This document shows positions 1-13,007 of a stretch of DNA of 64,000 nucleotides, piece by piece. The DNA is taken from contig OX597820.1 in the NCBI GenBank assembly GCA_951406725.2, positions 7,502,001 through 7,566,000 of the forward strand, in the 5' to 3' direction. Position 1 is the stretch's first letter. Every line of letters starts with the position of its first letter. The translations under genes and the position numbers were made by a program. Below the pieces are notes generated by a model. It had not been told where the DNA came from and made no database searches. It saw only the letters and a list, made by a program, of their open reading frames with translations. The stretch is from Octopus vulgaris. Lineage: Eukaryota.

Positions 1-25
1 TGGCAACACTTACAGCTGAGTCATT

Positions 26-444
26 AGTGGCGGCGTAATGGCCCAGTAGTTAGGGCAGCAAACTCGCGGTCGGAGGAACGTGGTTTCGATTCCCAGACCG
101 GGCGTTGTGTGTGTTTATTGAGCGAAAACACCTAAAGGTCCACGAGGCTCCGGCAGGGTGTGGGGGTGGCGACCCCTGTTGTACTCTTTCGCTCCAACTT
201 TCTCTCACTCTTTCTTCCTGTTTCTTGTCCGTGACTTCCTACGCAACCGCTGAGCCTTGATGCGCATTCATCCATCCGTCGATGCTCTCGGTGTAGGGAG
301 TTGACCTGCATTCTCGTCTTCTTCGGGTCTTACGAATAGCAAAAGGATCACGTTTCGGACTTCTCCCACTACAGAGGCGCGAACTTGCGAGCTCTGGGAC
401 GAAGACCGCTTTGCTCAACAAACAAACGAACAAACAAACGAACA
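26..444 (+). mobile_element. tRNA-derived SINE, family C (tail variant 1), full length with TSD
   Basis: A-box-like TGGCCCAGTAGTTAG and B-box-like GGTTTCGATTCC; (AAAC)n tail; 12-bp TSD AGCTGAGTCATT at 14-25 and 445-456; head shared with copies at 16338, 22868, 41217, 46066, 50745. Confidence 0.9.
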
Positions 445-589
445 AGCTGAGTCATTTTCCTTCTGACTATTTTCCGATCATCCCTCATTTGATTTGTTCT
501 GCCGCTGTTAGAACCAGATCTGTTCTTTTGTCATTATCTTCAGCTTACTTTTATATTCTTCATATTGTCCTAACCAAAGTCGTTGCTGC

Positions 590-606
590 ATTTGCTGTTG
601 TTATTG

Positions 607-638
<32 letters not shown>

Positions 639-790
639 GGTGGTGGTGGTGTTGGTGCTGTTGTTGTGGTTGTGGTTGTGTTTGCTAATGTTTCACTTGT
701 ATTGCATTCGGCATTCTTACAGTTTTATGTGATGGCAATTGGAGTTGACATTGTTGTTATTGTTGCTTCTTTACTGGGGCTGCAGTGACG

Positions 791-842
<52 letters not shown>

Positions 843-1169
843 CGGCTCAGTGTATGTATATGTTTGTGGTTGTACAGGTATGTGGGCGGGTGTGTTTTAT
901 TAAATCATATATATATATACACATATGCAAATATGTGTATATAAATGTATATAAACATATAAATATTCATTGATATATACGTCTATACACACACACACAC
1001 ACATATAAATATATATAGATAGATGAACATAGATATATATATATATGTATATATATATACATATATGTGTGTGTGTGTGTGTGTGTATGTATATGTATAT
1101 ATCTATTACATATGTGTGTGCGCGTGTGTAAATATATGTGTTAAAATATCCTCGCTCACTATATGTGTG

Positions 1170-1214
<45 letters not shown>

Positions 1215-1330
1215 GCATATCTATTGTGTGTATGTATATCTAATATATGTGTATTATTATATATATCATATATCTACATATGCGTTCACATAATATTACA
1301 TGATACAATCACACACACACACACACACAC

Positions 1331-1368
<38 letters not shown>

Positions 1369-1850
1369 ATATGTATGTGTGTACGCGTGTGAGTGTGTGT
1401 GTATATATATTTAATACGATATGATATAATATATAATATAATACATATACACACACACGCTCATAGATATATATGTGTATGAAGATTCTAGTTTATATTT
1501 CTTTTGTAGCTTAATAATCTTACCATTATTACAGGAAATGTTGTTGTGGTTGCTATTATTGTTATTGTCCTTGTTACTGTTGCGGTTAATATTGTTGTTG
1601 TTGTTGTTGTTGTTGCTGTTCTTCTTCTTCTTCTTCCTCCTCCTTCTCCTCCTCTTCTTCTTCTGCTTCTTCTTATAATTATTGTTAGTAGTATAACCAT
1701 CGTCATTATCATTATCATAGTCATTACTACTACTACTACCACTACTACTACTACTAATACTAATACTACTACTACTACTACAGCTATCTATAATTTTTGT
1801 TATTTACCATTATTACTACTACTGCTACTAATGCTGTATTATCATTAGTA
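590..1850. repeat. Compound microsatellite block: (GTT)n/(GGT)n, (CA)n, (TA)n/(TG)n, (GTT)n(CTT)n(CTA)n
   Basis: Direct inspection. Confidence 0.9.
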
Positions 1851-2234
1851 TTAGTAATTTTATCCTTGCACCATGTGATGAAAATTGTTAATATTCATAT
1901 TATAAACTTCATTCTATTGTTTAAATTGTTGTTGTTATTGCTCCTGTCGTTATGAGTTGCTGCTGTTGTTGTTGTTCTTGTTCTTTGTTTTCTCTGTTTG
2001 TTTTTTATATTGCTATCGGTGTTGTTTTTATTTATATCTTAAGCATTTTTTTTTTCCCTATTTTTTGTTACAACTGTCAAAAAGTTGTTAGGAATTATAA
2101 AAGTTCTAATTACATGACACGTTGCTATGTAATTGTTGGAGACATTCGGCATTGTGCGCTGATTGTATACAATGTATTACTGATAAAGTTTACATACACA
2201 GCCACAAGAAACCATACAGACGCTCGCATAAATA

Positions 2235-2700
2235 CAATTATACATACATACACGCACGCAAATATACATACTTTCATACATATATACATGCATACATACA
2301 TACATACGTACATTCATACATACATACATATATTCATACATACATATATTCATACATGCATACATACATACACACACGCAAACATACATACATTCATACA
2401 TACATACATACATACATACATACATTCATACATACATACATACATACATACATACATTCATACATACATATATTCATACATACATACATACATTCATACA
2501 TACATACATACATTCATAGATTCATATACATACATACATACATGCATACATACATACATATATTCATACATACATACATATATTCATACGTGCATACATA
2601 CATACACACACGCGAACATACATACATTCATACATATTTACATGCATACATACATACATATATACATACATACATATATACATACATACATACGTACATA
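2235..2700. repeat. (TACA)n tetranucleotide array with recurring higher-order variants (CACACGCAAAC, TATATTC)
   Basis: Direct inspection. Confidence 0.9.
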
Positions 2701-2999
2701 CATTATAACACAGACACATCACAATAGACAAAGATAGACACTGCATACATATGTGTGTGCCTGTGTGTGTCAGTGTCTATGTGTATGTGTGCGTTTATAT
2801 TGATGCATGTATAAATTTTGATTTCATTAGGAGGAAATATAGGTGTGTAGATATAAAAACATTGTCACAACATATTTACGGATACAGGCACGTAAGTTTG
2901 TAAATGCGCCAGAATGCATTTTAATAGAATGTCTTCCTGGGGTTATAAAACACACGCGCGCACACACACTTATATATAGTGAACAGGGTAAATTGTATC

Positions 3000-3143
3000 T
3001 GTATATATATATGCATATATACATATGAATATACATATATATATATATAGATACACATGTATGTATATATATCTGTATATATATATAAGTATTTATATAT
3101 ATTTATATATATTATGTATATATATGAATATATATATACATAA

Positions 3144-3188
<45 letters not shown>

Positions 3189-3254
3189 AATATATTTTTA
3201 AAAAGGAAGAGGGGCTAAGATATAAACTTACATAAACACAAATGTACGTTTGCA

Positions 3255-3313
<59 letters not shown>

Positions 3314-3373
3314 GTATGTATGCATGCATATATATATATATAGAGAGAGAGACAGAGAGAAAGAGAGAGATAT

Positions 3374-3420
<47 letters not shown>

Positions 3421-3809
3421 CAGATAGATAAATAGGTAGATATTGATATATGTATAAATGTACATATATATCATATATATGTATATGTATGTATATATAT
3501 GTATAAATATACCGGTACATATATGTAAGTATATATATATATATATATTTATATGCATATATATATATATATACATACAGACATACATATATAATTTACA
3601 TGCATGCGTTTATTGGGCGATGTGACTGTCAGTGCCTGTGTCTGCGCTTACGTATCTTTCTCAAGTCAGATATTATGGACATTTGGAATATTAACTTTAT
3701 ACTATACATTAAATATTTATGCATTAAAATGTGTTGATATATTAATATATACACTCGTAAATCTTTCCATGTTCATTCGCATAATTTCATGCATTTATAT
3801 GTATAGATA

Positions 3810-3869
<60 letters not shown>

Positions 3870-4102
3870 TGTATATGTATACATATACATACATATAGAG
3901 ACATCGTTATATATATCTTTAAGTATGTACGTATCTACCTATCGCTCAACATATTTGTATATATACATCATATATATACACATACGCACACACACTCACA
4001 CACACACACTCATATAAATATATATATGTGTGTTTGTGGATGTGTATGTATACATACATACATACAAACATACATACATACATACATACATACATACATA
4101 CA

Positions 4103-4134
<32 letters not shown>

Positions 4135-4135
4135 C
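3000..4135. repeat. (TA)n/(GATA)n/(TACA)n microsatellite region
   Basis: Direct inspection. Confidence 0.85.
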
Positions 4136-5725
4136 GGTGGTCGGTTCCCTCTCGTTCCCGAGCATTGGGCTCGTTCGTTTCTATCCAGTCACCTCGGCTG
4201 ATGTTTGTGCTGAAAGTGACTTTGAGTCCAAATCGGTGGTGTAAGAGTCGTTGCTAAAACTTGCATGTGATGGTCGGTGCAGGTCGAGTATGTTGAAGAT
4301 GCTCTTTTCTTCTCTTGCGTTTTGCCTCATTATTTCGTTGTCTGTTCTGCTAGCTCCATTGCGGATAGCTGTCCTCCAGGCTGTCCTGTCCATGGCAATC
4401 TGTTCCCAGGAGGATGGCTGGATGTTAGCTTGAGGAAAGGTCCGTTTCAGCTGATCTTAAAAACGAAATTTCGGACCTCCGCTTGGTCTTGTTCCAATTG
4501 CAAGTTCTCCGTAGAGCATGATCCTTGGGAGACGAGAGGGCTCCATAAGCTGGACGTAACCCGCCCAGCGGAGATGATGACATAGAATGGTGGATTCGAC
4601 AATTGGTAGTGAGGTGCGGCGAGGAAACTCGTTGTTAGTAACGTGATCTTCCCATTGTATGTTGAGGATCTGTCGTAGCTTCGATTGCTGGAAGCATTCA
4701 AGGCGCTTGAAGTTACGGTTGTACAACATCCAAGTCTCATAAGCGTAGAGTAGAGTTGACAGGACAATGGCCCGGAAGACCAGCGCGTGATTTAAGAATA
4801 CACGTTGGCTGAGTCTGCCGAAAACGGATTGGGCCTCCCCAATCCGGTTCTCCACGTCCCTTTCACACGTGAGGGTCTTCGAAATGATACTTCCAAGGTA
4901 TGTGAAGTGTTCAACCTCTAGGGGTTTAGCCGTTGATGCTAATGTTTGTGGGTGGACCGTTCTGGCCTGATGCAGGTTGGATCAGCGTCTTGGTCGTTAA
5001 TGTGTTTAGCTATATCGCGAAGCGTTCGTAAACCACGTTATAAAGTTCGGCTGTCCTTTGTAGGCCATCTGCGGCCCGGCTCGGTGTGGAATTGTCGTCG
5101 GCATACAGCATCTCACGGTCTGAATTAGCGGAGGTCATCGTCTTTGCTGGGAGGCGTGCGAGATTGAAGAGTCCGCCATCCAAACGATAACGCATGTTGA
5201 TGGAGGGCGAGTTCAGTGGGATTTCGTTGAATATTGCGGCCGTGTACAAAGACAAACAGGTTGGTGCCAGGACGCATCCTTGCTTAACATCCACAGTGAT
5301 GAGGAACGGATCTGTGAGGGAAATTTTGATGGCATACCCTACCCACCAGTGGGAGTGGACCAGGAAAATGGAGTCCACAAGATATCCAAATCGGGCAAGG
5401 ACGACCCACATTGCAAGACGGGATGGGATGCCTTGTTAAAGGCTTTCTTTAGATCCCAGTCGAACATTGCTGGCTGTTGTTGTTCCTGACATTTCTCCTG
5501 GGGCTGACGGGCACAAAAGACCATGTCGATTGTGCTTTGAGAGGGTCGAAAGCCACAATGGGACTCAGGTCGAACGTATTTTGCGAGGATGAGGAGTCGA
5601 TTGAGTAGGATACAGGTGAAGATCTTACTTACAATACCCAGGAGTAAGATGGCCGATAGTTGTTGCAATCCTCTCGGTCTCCCTTCTTGTAGATGGTGAT
5701 GATAGTTGCATCGTAGAAGTCGTTA
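4136..5725 (-). mobile_element. RTE-clade (BovB-like) LINE, 5'-truncated, frameshifted reverse transcriptase
   Basis: ORF pieces PESHCGFRPSQSTIDMVFCARQPQEKCQEQ, DVKQGCVLAPT, MLYADD, RQILNIQWEDHVTNNE, RIMLYGELAIGTRPSGGPKFRF, MDRTAWR, all characteristic RTE motifs in the correct order. Confidence 0.93.
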
Positions 5726-5729
5726 GATT

Positions 5730-6440
5730 TATAGTGTTGGAATTATACAGAGATGACAAGCTCATATTAGCAAGCACGAAAAATGCCCGCATATTAAACT
5801 GTCTTAGAAGAGAGTTAATGAATTTAGGAGCTTTGGCCTAGAGATTACTCTTGGTACAAACACTAATGTAGTAAACACCTTAGACATCCATATGAACCTA
5901 ACTTTAGGAACCTAGATCCCTAATACTAAACCGAATGAAGACATAAGTTATATAAAGAAAGATTTTAAGAACAACAATAAACACCCGTAAAATAATCTAA
6001 TAGTGAAACCTCGGACTGAACTGCTATATTTTACAGCGAGACCCTGAAAAGAAACAGCTATAGCGATACGATATAATATATCTCTCATCAAGAAAACCAG
6101 GGAAGCTAGGTTTTTAAATTTCATAAACAAACGCTTCCCTAACGTACATAAATTCACCAAATTTTTTATGGATGCAATTTCAAATATAGTTAAAGCTGCA
6201 AGGATAACTTCGCCTCTTCCCAAGATATAATTAATAGGAAAAATCCACACTCCCACTAATAAATGATTCGTCATCTCAATATAACTGCTTCAATAATATC
6301 ACATACCTTCTAAACCGTAAAAACCTTCAAAAAATTGCTTACTCTACTAAATTTCAAACAACAAAGATAAGTTAAACCTGCGTAAACAGCATTGATTGTT
6401 ACAGTCTCCCGAATCTGATAGCATTACAAAACACTACAAG
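5730..6440 (+). mobile_element. Decayed Penelope-like element (probably Neptune clade): RT C-terminal half, linker and start of GIY-YIG region
   Basis: Manual translation across stops/frameshifts: ELYRDD (YRDD at 5746-5757), FRSFGLEITLGTNTNVVNTLDIHMNL..P.TKPNEDISYI, RFLNFINKRFPNVHKFTKFF, KYS*SC, YNC...LNRKNLQKIAY; matches PLE order LYRDD / FGL.IT..VNFLD..LNL / KPN / FL.LI.KHFP / SYSC / CNC..CPL. Confidence 0.78.
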
Positions 6441-6449
6441 AGGATGACA

Positions 6450-7130
6450 GATCTAAGAGAAGGTATATTCAGCATATGCACTCTTTTTGGTGCAGGGAGG
6501 GACAAAATTCCACACCTTGTCTCGCTTTATCTGGAAACTCTGTGACCGCCGGAGATACTTCCCCAAAACGAAATAGAGTCTCATTGACAGGGTTCGTCTA
6601 TACATACCTGGAATTCACAATCACCAACGCTGCTTCCCCCGATAGATTACATATAGTCCACTAATCTGGAGGAAGAATGAAGTATTATTGTTGACACCAG
6701 AGGAATGCCTTGTTAAGTTCTGTCCACTGGCACCCTATAGTCCAGATAAACCACCTTAGACTTGCCTACTCTATACTTAAGAGCACAGTACTTAATCCTG
6801 CTACCCGTATAAACTACAGCCTAATCCAGGTTGACAACCCTAACCCTACCAAACTGAGTAAATCCAATACCACCAAATCTGGTTACTTCCACACAAAGTC
6901 TGTTGTCGCAGTATGTTTGTTTTCCACTAAACCGCAACAAGAAATGTAACGAACTGATGTCGCTAAATAAACAATACCGCACATTCCAGGCAGAATGGTG
7001 ATAACTGCCTAGCACAGCCTGTCCGATCACATGGAGCTGAGGACAGAGATAAGGTCTTTCCAAACCAATAGCACCACGTGATCTGAGTTGACCAAGAGAG
7101 TCCTAACATGAAGAAGCCCTCTCGAATTTG
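6450..7130 (-). mobile_element. Possible highly decayed LINE APE-endonuclease remnant (Tx1/L1-like)
   Basis: Only short motif-like traces on the minus strand (KVVYLD, RLV, FVLG); no intact ORF. Confidence 0.3.
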
Positions 7131-7312
7131 TCGCATTTCTTATTGCTTGATATTCAAATGCCTGACGAGTTAGGTTCGTTCTAGGAAAATACGAAACTTA
7201 TGTAGCATGCAGCTGATTTAAACTGCTATTAAATAATATTTGTAACTCGTAACAAATGTGTCCAGTGCCACATTCTTCCATTAGTTTACTCACTTGTATA
7301 TATTTATATATA

Positions 7313-7339
7313 CTAGCGGGACCCGTGAATATTTCACGG
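7313..7339 (-). mobile_element. Helitron 3' terminus (hairpin + CTAG)
   Basis: Minus strand reads CCGTGAA-ATA-TTCACGG hairpin, GTCCCG, then CTAG followed by T; the element body extends to higher coordinates and its 5' end was not located. Confidence 0.65.
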
Positions 7340-8706
7340 AATTAATGGTAAACTTATTGGTTTATTTCTGATAACTATTTCCGCCAAAACCTGAAAGCGT
7401 ATCCTGCGTTGTGTCTGTAGCAAAAGATGGTTGCTCATCTGCTAATCATTGAAAAGTGAAGGAAATTGGAATACGATGATGATTACTGAATACTCTTCAT
7501 ATTTGCACTTCATATACTTTATGCATAATTTTATAGACTTAATACACAGGAATCTCCCTCTTTCTCTTTGACTATTCGCCTATCCCTCTTTTTCGTTCGC
7601 TCTTTGCCTTTCCCTTCAGCTAATCACATGAAAGCGTTACAAACGGGCTAGGTAATGGAGGAAAAGATCTTAGCTAAAAAACATTTTAGTTAAAAAAAAT
7701 CTCATTCCATTTACCACCACTACGCCACCCCTGTCCCCCACCTTTCCTCTTTCCTACTTCTTCCCTCCCACACCCACTCACCTCCCTATTACCCCCCTTC
7801 TCCTCAACAAATCACGTGGAATCGTTATGGACGGGCTAAGTAACAGAGCAACAAGCAGAATTATTATGTGGTTGTGTGTACGTCTGCATGTGTACGCGCG
7901 TGTGTATGTGTTTGAGTTTATGGCCTAAAATGAAGAAATGGGACTCATTACCTAAAAGTAGAACATATAGACGTTTTTGTTGCATATATTGGTTGTAAGT
8001 TTGCATAAGCCATTCGGTTTTCAAGACTTTCCTGCGATGCATCTACGAACACATAATTACTACTCCAACGAAACTCTAGCTCCTTGCATCACTTACGTAG
8101 CTTTTCAGCCGATATATCGACGAGAAACTCGTCCACTCTCTGTTATTCGACTGTGGTTTCGGCTAATGTTTTGTACAAGCGTGGTCATTGCAGCCTCACT
8201 TTGGCCGTTTTGAATTTCATTCGACCAGTTCCTGTTTCATTTCTTGTTTGAAACGAACGCCATTATTGGTCGTATATTGTAATATAGAAGCGAGATATAA
8301 AATAAATTTGCATATGATTGTATCAATAAACAACATTATAAATATATTCTCTATAATATTTTAATATTTTAGTGTTTAAACATATTACTACAAATATATT
8401 AATATTGAAATATGTGTACGTATAAATACATATAATGTGTAAATATTGTATACGACTAACATATTTTACTGTAGATATATCAATGGTTCTTCGTCGGTTT
8501 CGGCGATGAGTATTCAATTCTCGATTAGCTGAATTACCTGTTCCAAACTAATGTGTAAACTGGCTGAGTATTCCAAACATAAATATTCATCCTCAAATAG
8601 AATCAGCGTGGCACGGTGTGTGATAAGGTTTCATGCTTTTTAATTATGGATGCAATCAAAACGAGGGGCTTTCTTACAGTATCCACCTACTTAATTTCTT
8701 TTATAA

Positions 8707-8922
8707 GGCGGCGAGCTGGCAGAATCGTCAGCACGCCGGGCGAAATGCTTAGCGATAATTTATCTATCTTTACGTTCTGAGTTCAAATTCCGCCGAGGTC
8801 GACTTTGCCTTTCATCCTTTCGCGGTCGATAAAGTAAGTACCAGTTGCGTACTGGGGTCGATCTAATCCACTGGTCCCCTTCCTCCAAATAAATGTCGGG
8901 TCTTGTGCTTAGAGTAGAAAAG
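8707..8922 (+). mobile_element. tRNA-derived SINE, family A, with TSD; inserted in an older decayed family B SINE (about 8620-9030, minus)
   Basis: Head GGCGGCGAGCTGGCAGAATCG, B-box GAGTTCAAATTCC, body TTGCCTTTCATCCTTTCG..GTCGATAAA; TSD AATTTCT(T/C)TTATAA at 8693-8706 and 8923-8936. Confidence 0.88.
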
Positions 8923-9149
8923 AATTTCTCTTATAAAGTAAGGATCGACTCGAATCGACAGAAAATCATATTTGTCCAGGCTGCAGTGCAGTGCGTTCGA
9001 AACTGGGGCGCGTCGATGTGAATCTAACTTAGTATTTGGCTATAAAGCGGTTATATACTTTAGAATATAAATTTGGCAATATTCTCTTTCTCACACACAT
9101 AAGCGGGGACACACGCGCGTGTATGTATGTGTGTGTCTGTGAGTGTGTT

Positions 9150-9192
<43 letters not shown>

Positions 9193-9292
9193 ATTAGTGT
9201 CTACCAAAATGTGTTACTGTGTTTCTAAATATATAATTATACTGGTGTTAAAGTGGACGAATATGATTAAAATTGTAACCGATTCAATCATG

Positions 9293-9360
<68 letters not shown>

Positions 9361-11179
9361 ACTCACACAGTGCGTAGCTAAAGCATAGAACTGTTGTAGA
9401 ATCTAATGGACTGGCCAACGCGATCTTGCTTCCTGGCTGTCGAGATCTTTTTAATCACGGGAATTATTGTTCATTAATATCCAGAAAGTAGCTTTGCTTA
9501 CATTATTAAGATATCTTTATAAATAAATATATTACTGTTTAATTATATAACTGTACAAACATCATAATGGAGTTGATATATTCATGGAAACAGTTGATTT
9601 CTTGTGGATTGGAGCAAAATATAGAAATTTCTATTGAAATGAAACTTCTGTAAGATACGTGAAGAGATAAAGCTCTCGGTGCTTCTCAAACATTACTCAT
9701 AACCACTTCTGGGAATGACATGCTTTTCTTTGTGTTTTTCTGGTGATCGAGAGAGGGGGGGACTGAAAAGAGGAGTGAGAGGGAGTGAGGGTGAGATTGA
9801 GAGAGTTTTTCCTTTTATAATGTATCTTTTCTGTGTTGCCTAATTTTGCAACATGACTGCCAAACATCCCAAATGTCTCTAAATTAAATAGGAATGAATG
9901 CTGTAGAGCTTACAGAGAGACCGAATCGATGTAATCTAGAGAAAATTCTAAATATTTCTTTAAATATCTTCTGAATGGAGATTCGTACAAGACAACAAAA
10001 ATCAATACATTTTTTTTTCCTTTACTTTTGCAGGAATTGAAAGTTATCAGTTACACGCCATAAGATTCTGCTCCACATACTTACACTCTTCGAAATGTAC
10101 GTAGATTATGGTAGATCTTGCATGGAACAGATTATGGTAGATTTAGCATGGAACAGAGTACATAAGATTGTTGAATGTTGTGGCATATATAATGTAGATA
10201 ATGTGATATGGTTTGTTTAAAGACATTGAACAGAGAAAGAGAGACAGACAGACAGGCAAACACAGAGAGAGAAAGTAAGAGTAAGAGAGAATCATTTCTC
10301 AGCAATAAGGTGTCAGAGTTGTTACAATTCTGAGAAAATAACTGAGAAATCAAATGCCTGTGCCTCTATGTGGTTGTTTAAGGTGCTAAAATAACACCCA
10401 AGTTTCCCTCAAGTTCTGATCTATTGTGTTAATAAATGCAATAAGCATTGGATAACGAGGTCCAAAGAACTAACATGGAATGGATTTGATTTGATTTTGA
10501 TTTTTCCAGTTTCAGCTAATGAGCTGTGACCATGCTGGGGCACCGCCATTTAGATGTGTCTATTTATTTTGGTTTTTATTGCATGTCTGTCCGATCGTAG
10601 TTGACCTGAGTTTAAACAGCAACATAAACCAGCGGCAATGCAAAACCAGCGACCGAAACCTTAAATGGTCTCTCAGTTTGCTAGAAATAGCTGCTAAGTC
10701 ACTCTTATATGACATCTTGCCTTCATACAGGATGAAGTGGTCCGGGGTATGCGCAATCTGTGAAAAAGGGGACGGTGACAGCTGAAAGATGTTTAATCTA
10801 TCAAAGTGAACAAGGAATGCAATGATTGCCATAACCATCTGCTATGCCTGCGTTTTGTATCAAATTACCCGTCCGTACCAAGTCTACCTGCTGTGATCAT
10901 GTGATTTCTGGTCACATGATCACGGCAGGCCCACATGGGTAGATGCAGGTTTCAGTTTATAGTTTGGAGGCTTATCCGATATCTTTCGTATATGGGGTCC
11001 CTTGGTGATGGAGTGGGGGGATTATAAGAGAGGTAGTCAGTCTTATTTGGTAACACATTGCAATAACCGGGGAGAGAGAGAGAGAGAAGAGAGAGAGGGG
11101 AGTAGGAAATGAGAGAGGAAGAGGGAAGATAAATAGATAGACAGACAGGCAGAGAGGCTGTGTAATAATTAAATCAAAT

Positions 11180-11370
11180 AGAGAGAGAGAGAGTGAGAGA
11201 GTCTGAGGAACAGAGAGAGTCAGAGAGAGAGAGAGAGAGAGTCTGAAGAACAGAGAGAGTCAGAGAGAGAGAGAGAGAGAGAGTCTGAGGAACAGAGAGA
11301 GTCAGAGAGAGAGAGAGAGAGTCTGAGGAACAGAGATAGTCAGAGAGAGAGAGAGATGGAGAGAGAAAGA
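11180..11370. repeat. GA-rich minisatellite, four units GTCTGAGGAACAGAGAGAGTCA(GA)n
   Basis: Direct inspection; unit length varies with the (GA)n spacer. Confidence 0.9.
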
Positions 11371-12409
11371 ATGAGGGGCGTCAGAGGGAGAGAGTGGGGC
11401 TGGAGGAGGAATTGACTGCAGAATTTGACAACTTGACTCATTTTTATCAAGTGGAAAAGAATGAAAGGCAAATATGACCTTGGTAGGATTTGATCACCGA
11501 ACGTAGAGAATTGAAACTAACACTACGAGGTACATATCCGACGCTCTACCAATTCTGCCAATCACCTGAGTTAAGTCAGCGAATAAACTGGACAGCATTG
11601 TTGAACATTATTGTATTGGCGCCATCATTAATGGTGACAGCTTATTGAATAAACAGAACGGCACGTTTGTTCAAAATGGCGACTGATGCAATTAATTAAA
11701 TTTCTTATCTAATAACTTCACACTGTATTGAATAGTGAAATGATACACCGAAAATTTAGTCAAAAGTTGGAGACTAATAAATCGTAAATGTAATAGAGCA
11801 TGTCCTAGACAAAAGAGATGTGCCGCAGCAATAAATAAGTATAAAAGCACTTGGACCTCCAAAAGATAACCGTTTTTCTTATAATAATCCTGATTCACTG
11901 AACTGTATGGCACATGAAATAATTCATTGAAAAAAATCTAATGATTTCTATTTAAGGCACAGAGTCAGAAACTTCGGGTGGAGTAGATTATTTAATATTA
12001 TTGGGCGCAGTACCTCACTTGTATTATATTTTATTGTCCCCGAAAGCTTGATAGGCAGAAAAGTTTGAGAAAATTTTGAAACAATAAATATTATCAAGTA
12101 TTTCGTCCGATACAGTAACAACCCTGCCACTGCACCGTAATTTAAAAGTAATGATGCAATATTTATAAGGATATTGAAACATATGCAGGTCGTTTTGTCA
12201 CAAAAAAAAACAGTGAGTTTCATGAAGTTTTTTTCGTGGGAGTGGCAAAATCGAAGTGGAACATGGAAACAAATTACAGAACAGAACAAATGCATATATT
12301 CTCTCATCAGATACAGAGACCAGATTCAACGTAGTTTCGACGCGTTCAAAGTTCAAGAAATTTTAAATGTTGGACTACTACTCTGGTTGCAGTAGTGATA
12401 GGTAATACC

Positions 12410-13007
12410 TATTTCTTTACTACCCACAAGAGGCTAAACTCAAAGGAGACAAACAAGAACAGACAGACGGATTATATCGACCCCAGTGCGTAACTGGCAC
12501 CTAATTTATCGACCCCGAAAGGATGAAAGGCAAAGTCGATCTCGGCGGAATTTGAACTCAGAACGTAGCGGCAGACGAAATACCTATTTCTTTACTACCC
12601 ACAAGGATATAAACACAGAGGTGACAAACAAGGCGAGAGTCACGGATTAAGTCGATTATATCGACCCCAGTGCGTAACTGGTACTTATTTAATCGACCCT
12701 GAAAGGATGAAAGGCAAAGTCGACCTCGACGGAATTTGAACTCAGAACGTAACGGCAGACGAAATACCTATTTCTTTACTACCCACAAGGGGCTAAACAC
12801 AGAGGAGACAAACAAGGACAGACAAACGGATTAAGTCTATTAAGTCTATCGACCCCAGTGCGTAACTGGTACTTAATTTATTGACCCCGAAAGGATGAAA
12901 GGCAAAGTCGACCTTGGTGGAATTTGAACTCAGAACGTAGCAGCAGATGAAATACCGCTAAGTATTTCGCCCGGCGTGCTAACGATTCTGCCAGCTCATC
13001 GCCTTCA
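12410..13007 (-). mobile_element. Family A SINE trimer (one complete unit plus two 5'-truncated tandem units) inside a single TSD
   Basis: Three head-to-tail body+tail units with junctions GACGAAATAC|CTATTTC; TSD AGTG(A/G)TAGGTAATACC at 12394-12409 and 13008-13023. Confidence 0.9.

Noticed and set aside
26-110. tRNA genes at SINE heads (also 8707, 22868, 41440, 46482)
   Set aside because: A/B boxes are present but there is no complete cloverleaf; they are followed by SINE bodies and TSDs
785-4130. Many ORFs rich in YI/HT/CV repeats (also 21.3-22.1, 36.7-37.3, 52.6-55.4 and 61.3-61.8 kb)
   Set aside because: Translations of (TA)n, (CA)n and (TACA)n microsatellites that lack stop codons in some frames
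5948-6274. 108-aa minus-strand ORF
   Set aside because: Antisense shadow of the plus-strand Penelope-like fossil
11670-11685. YY1-like CAAAATGGCG motifs (also about 55428)
   Set aside because: Short motifs with no independent promoter evidence
11692-12395. Short ORFs in unique sequence (also 15759-15980 and 60109-60479)
   Set aside because: No recognisable domain, splice context or codon signal
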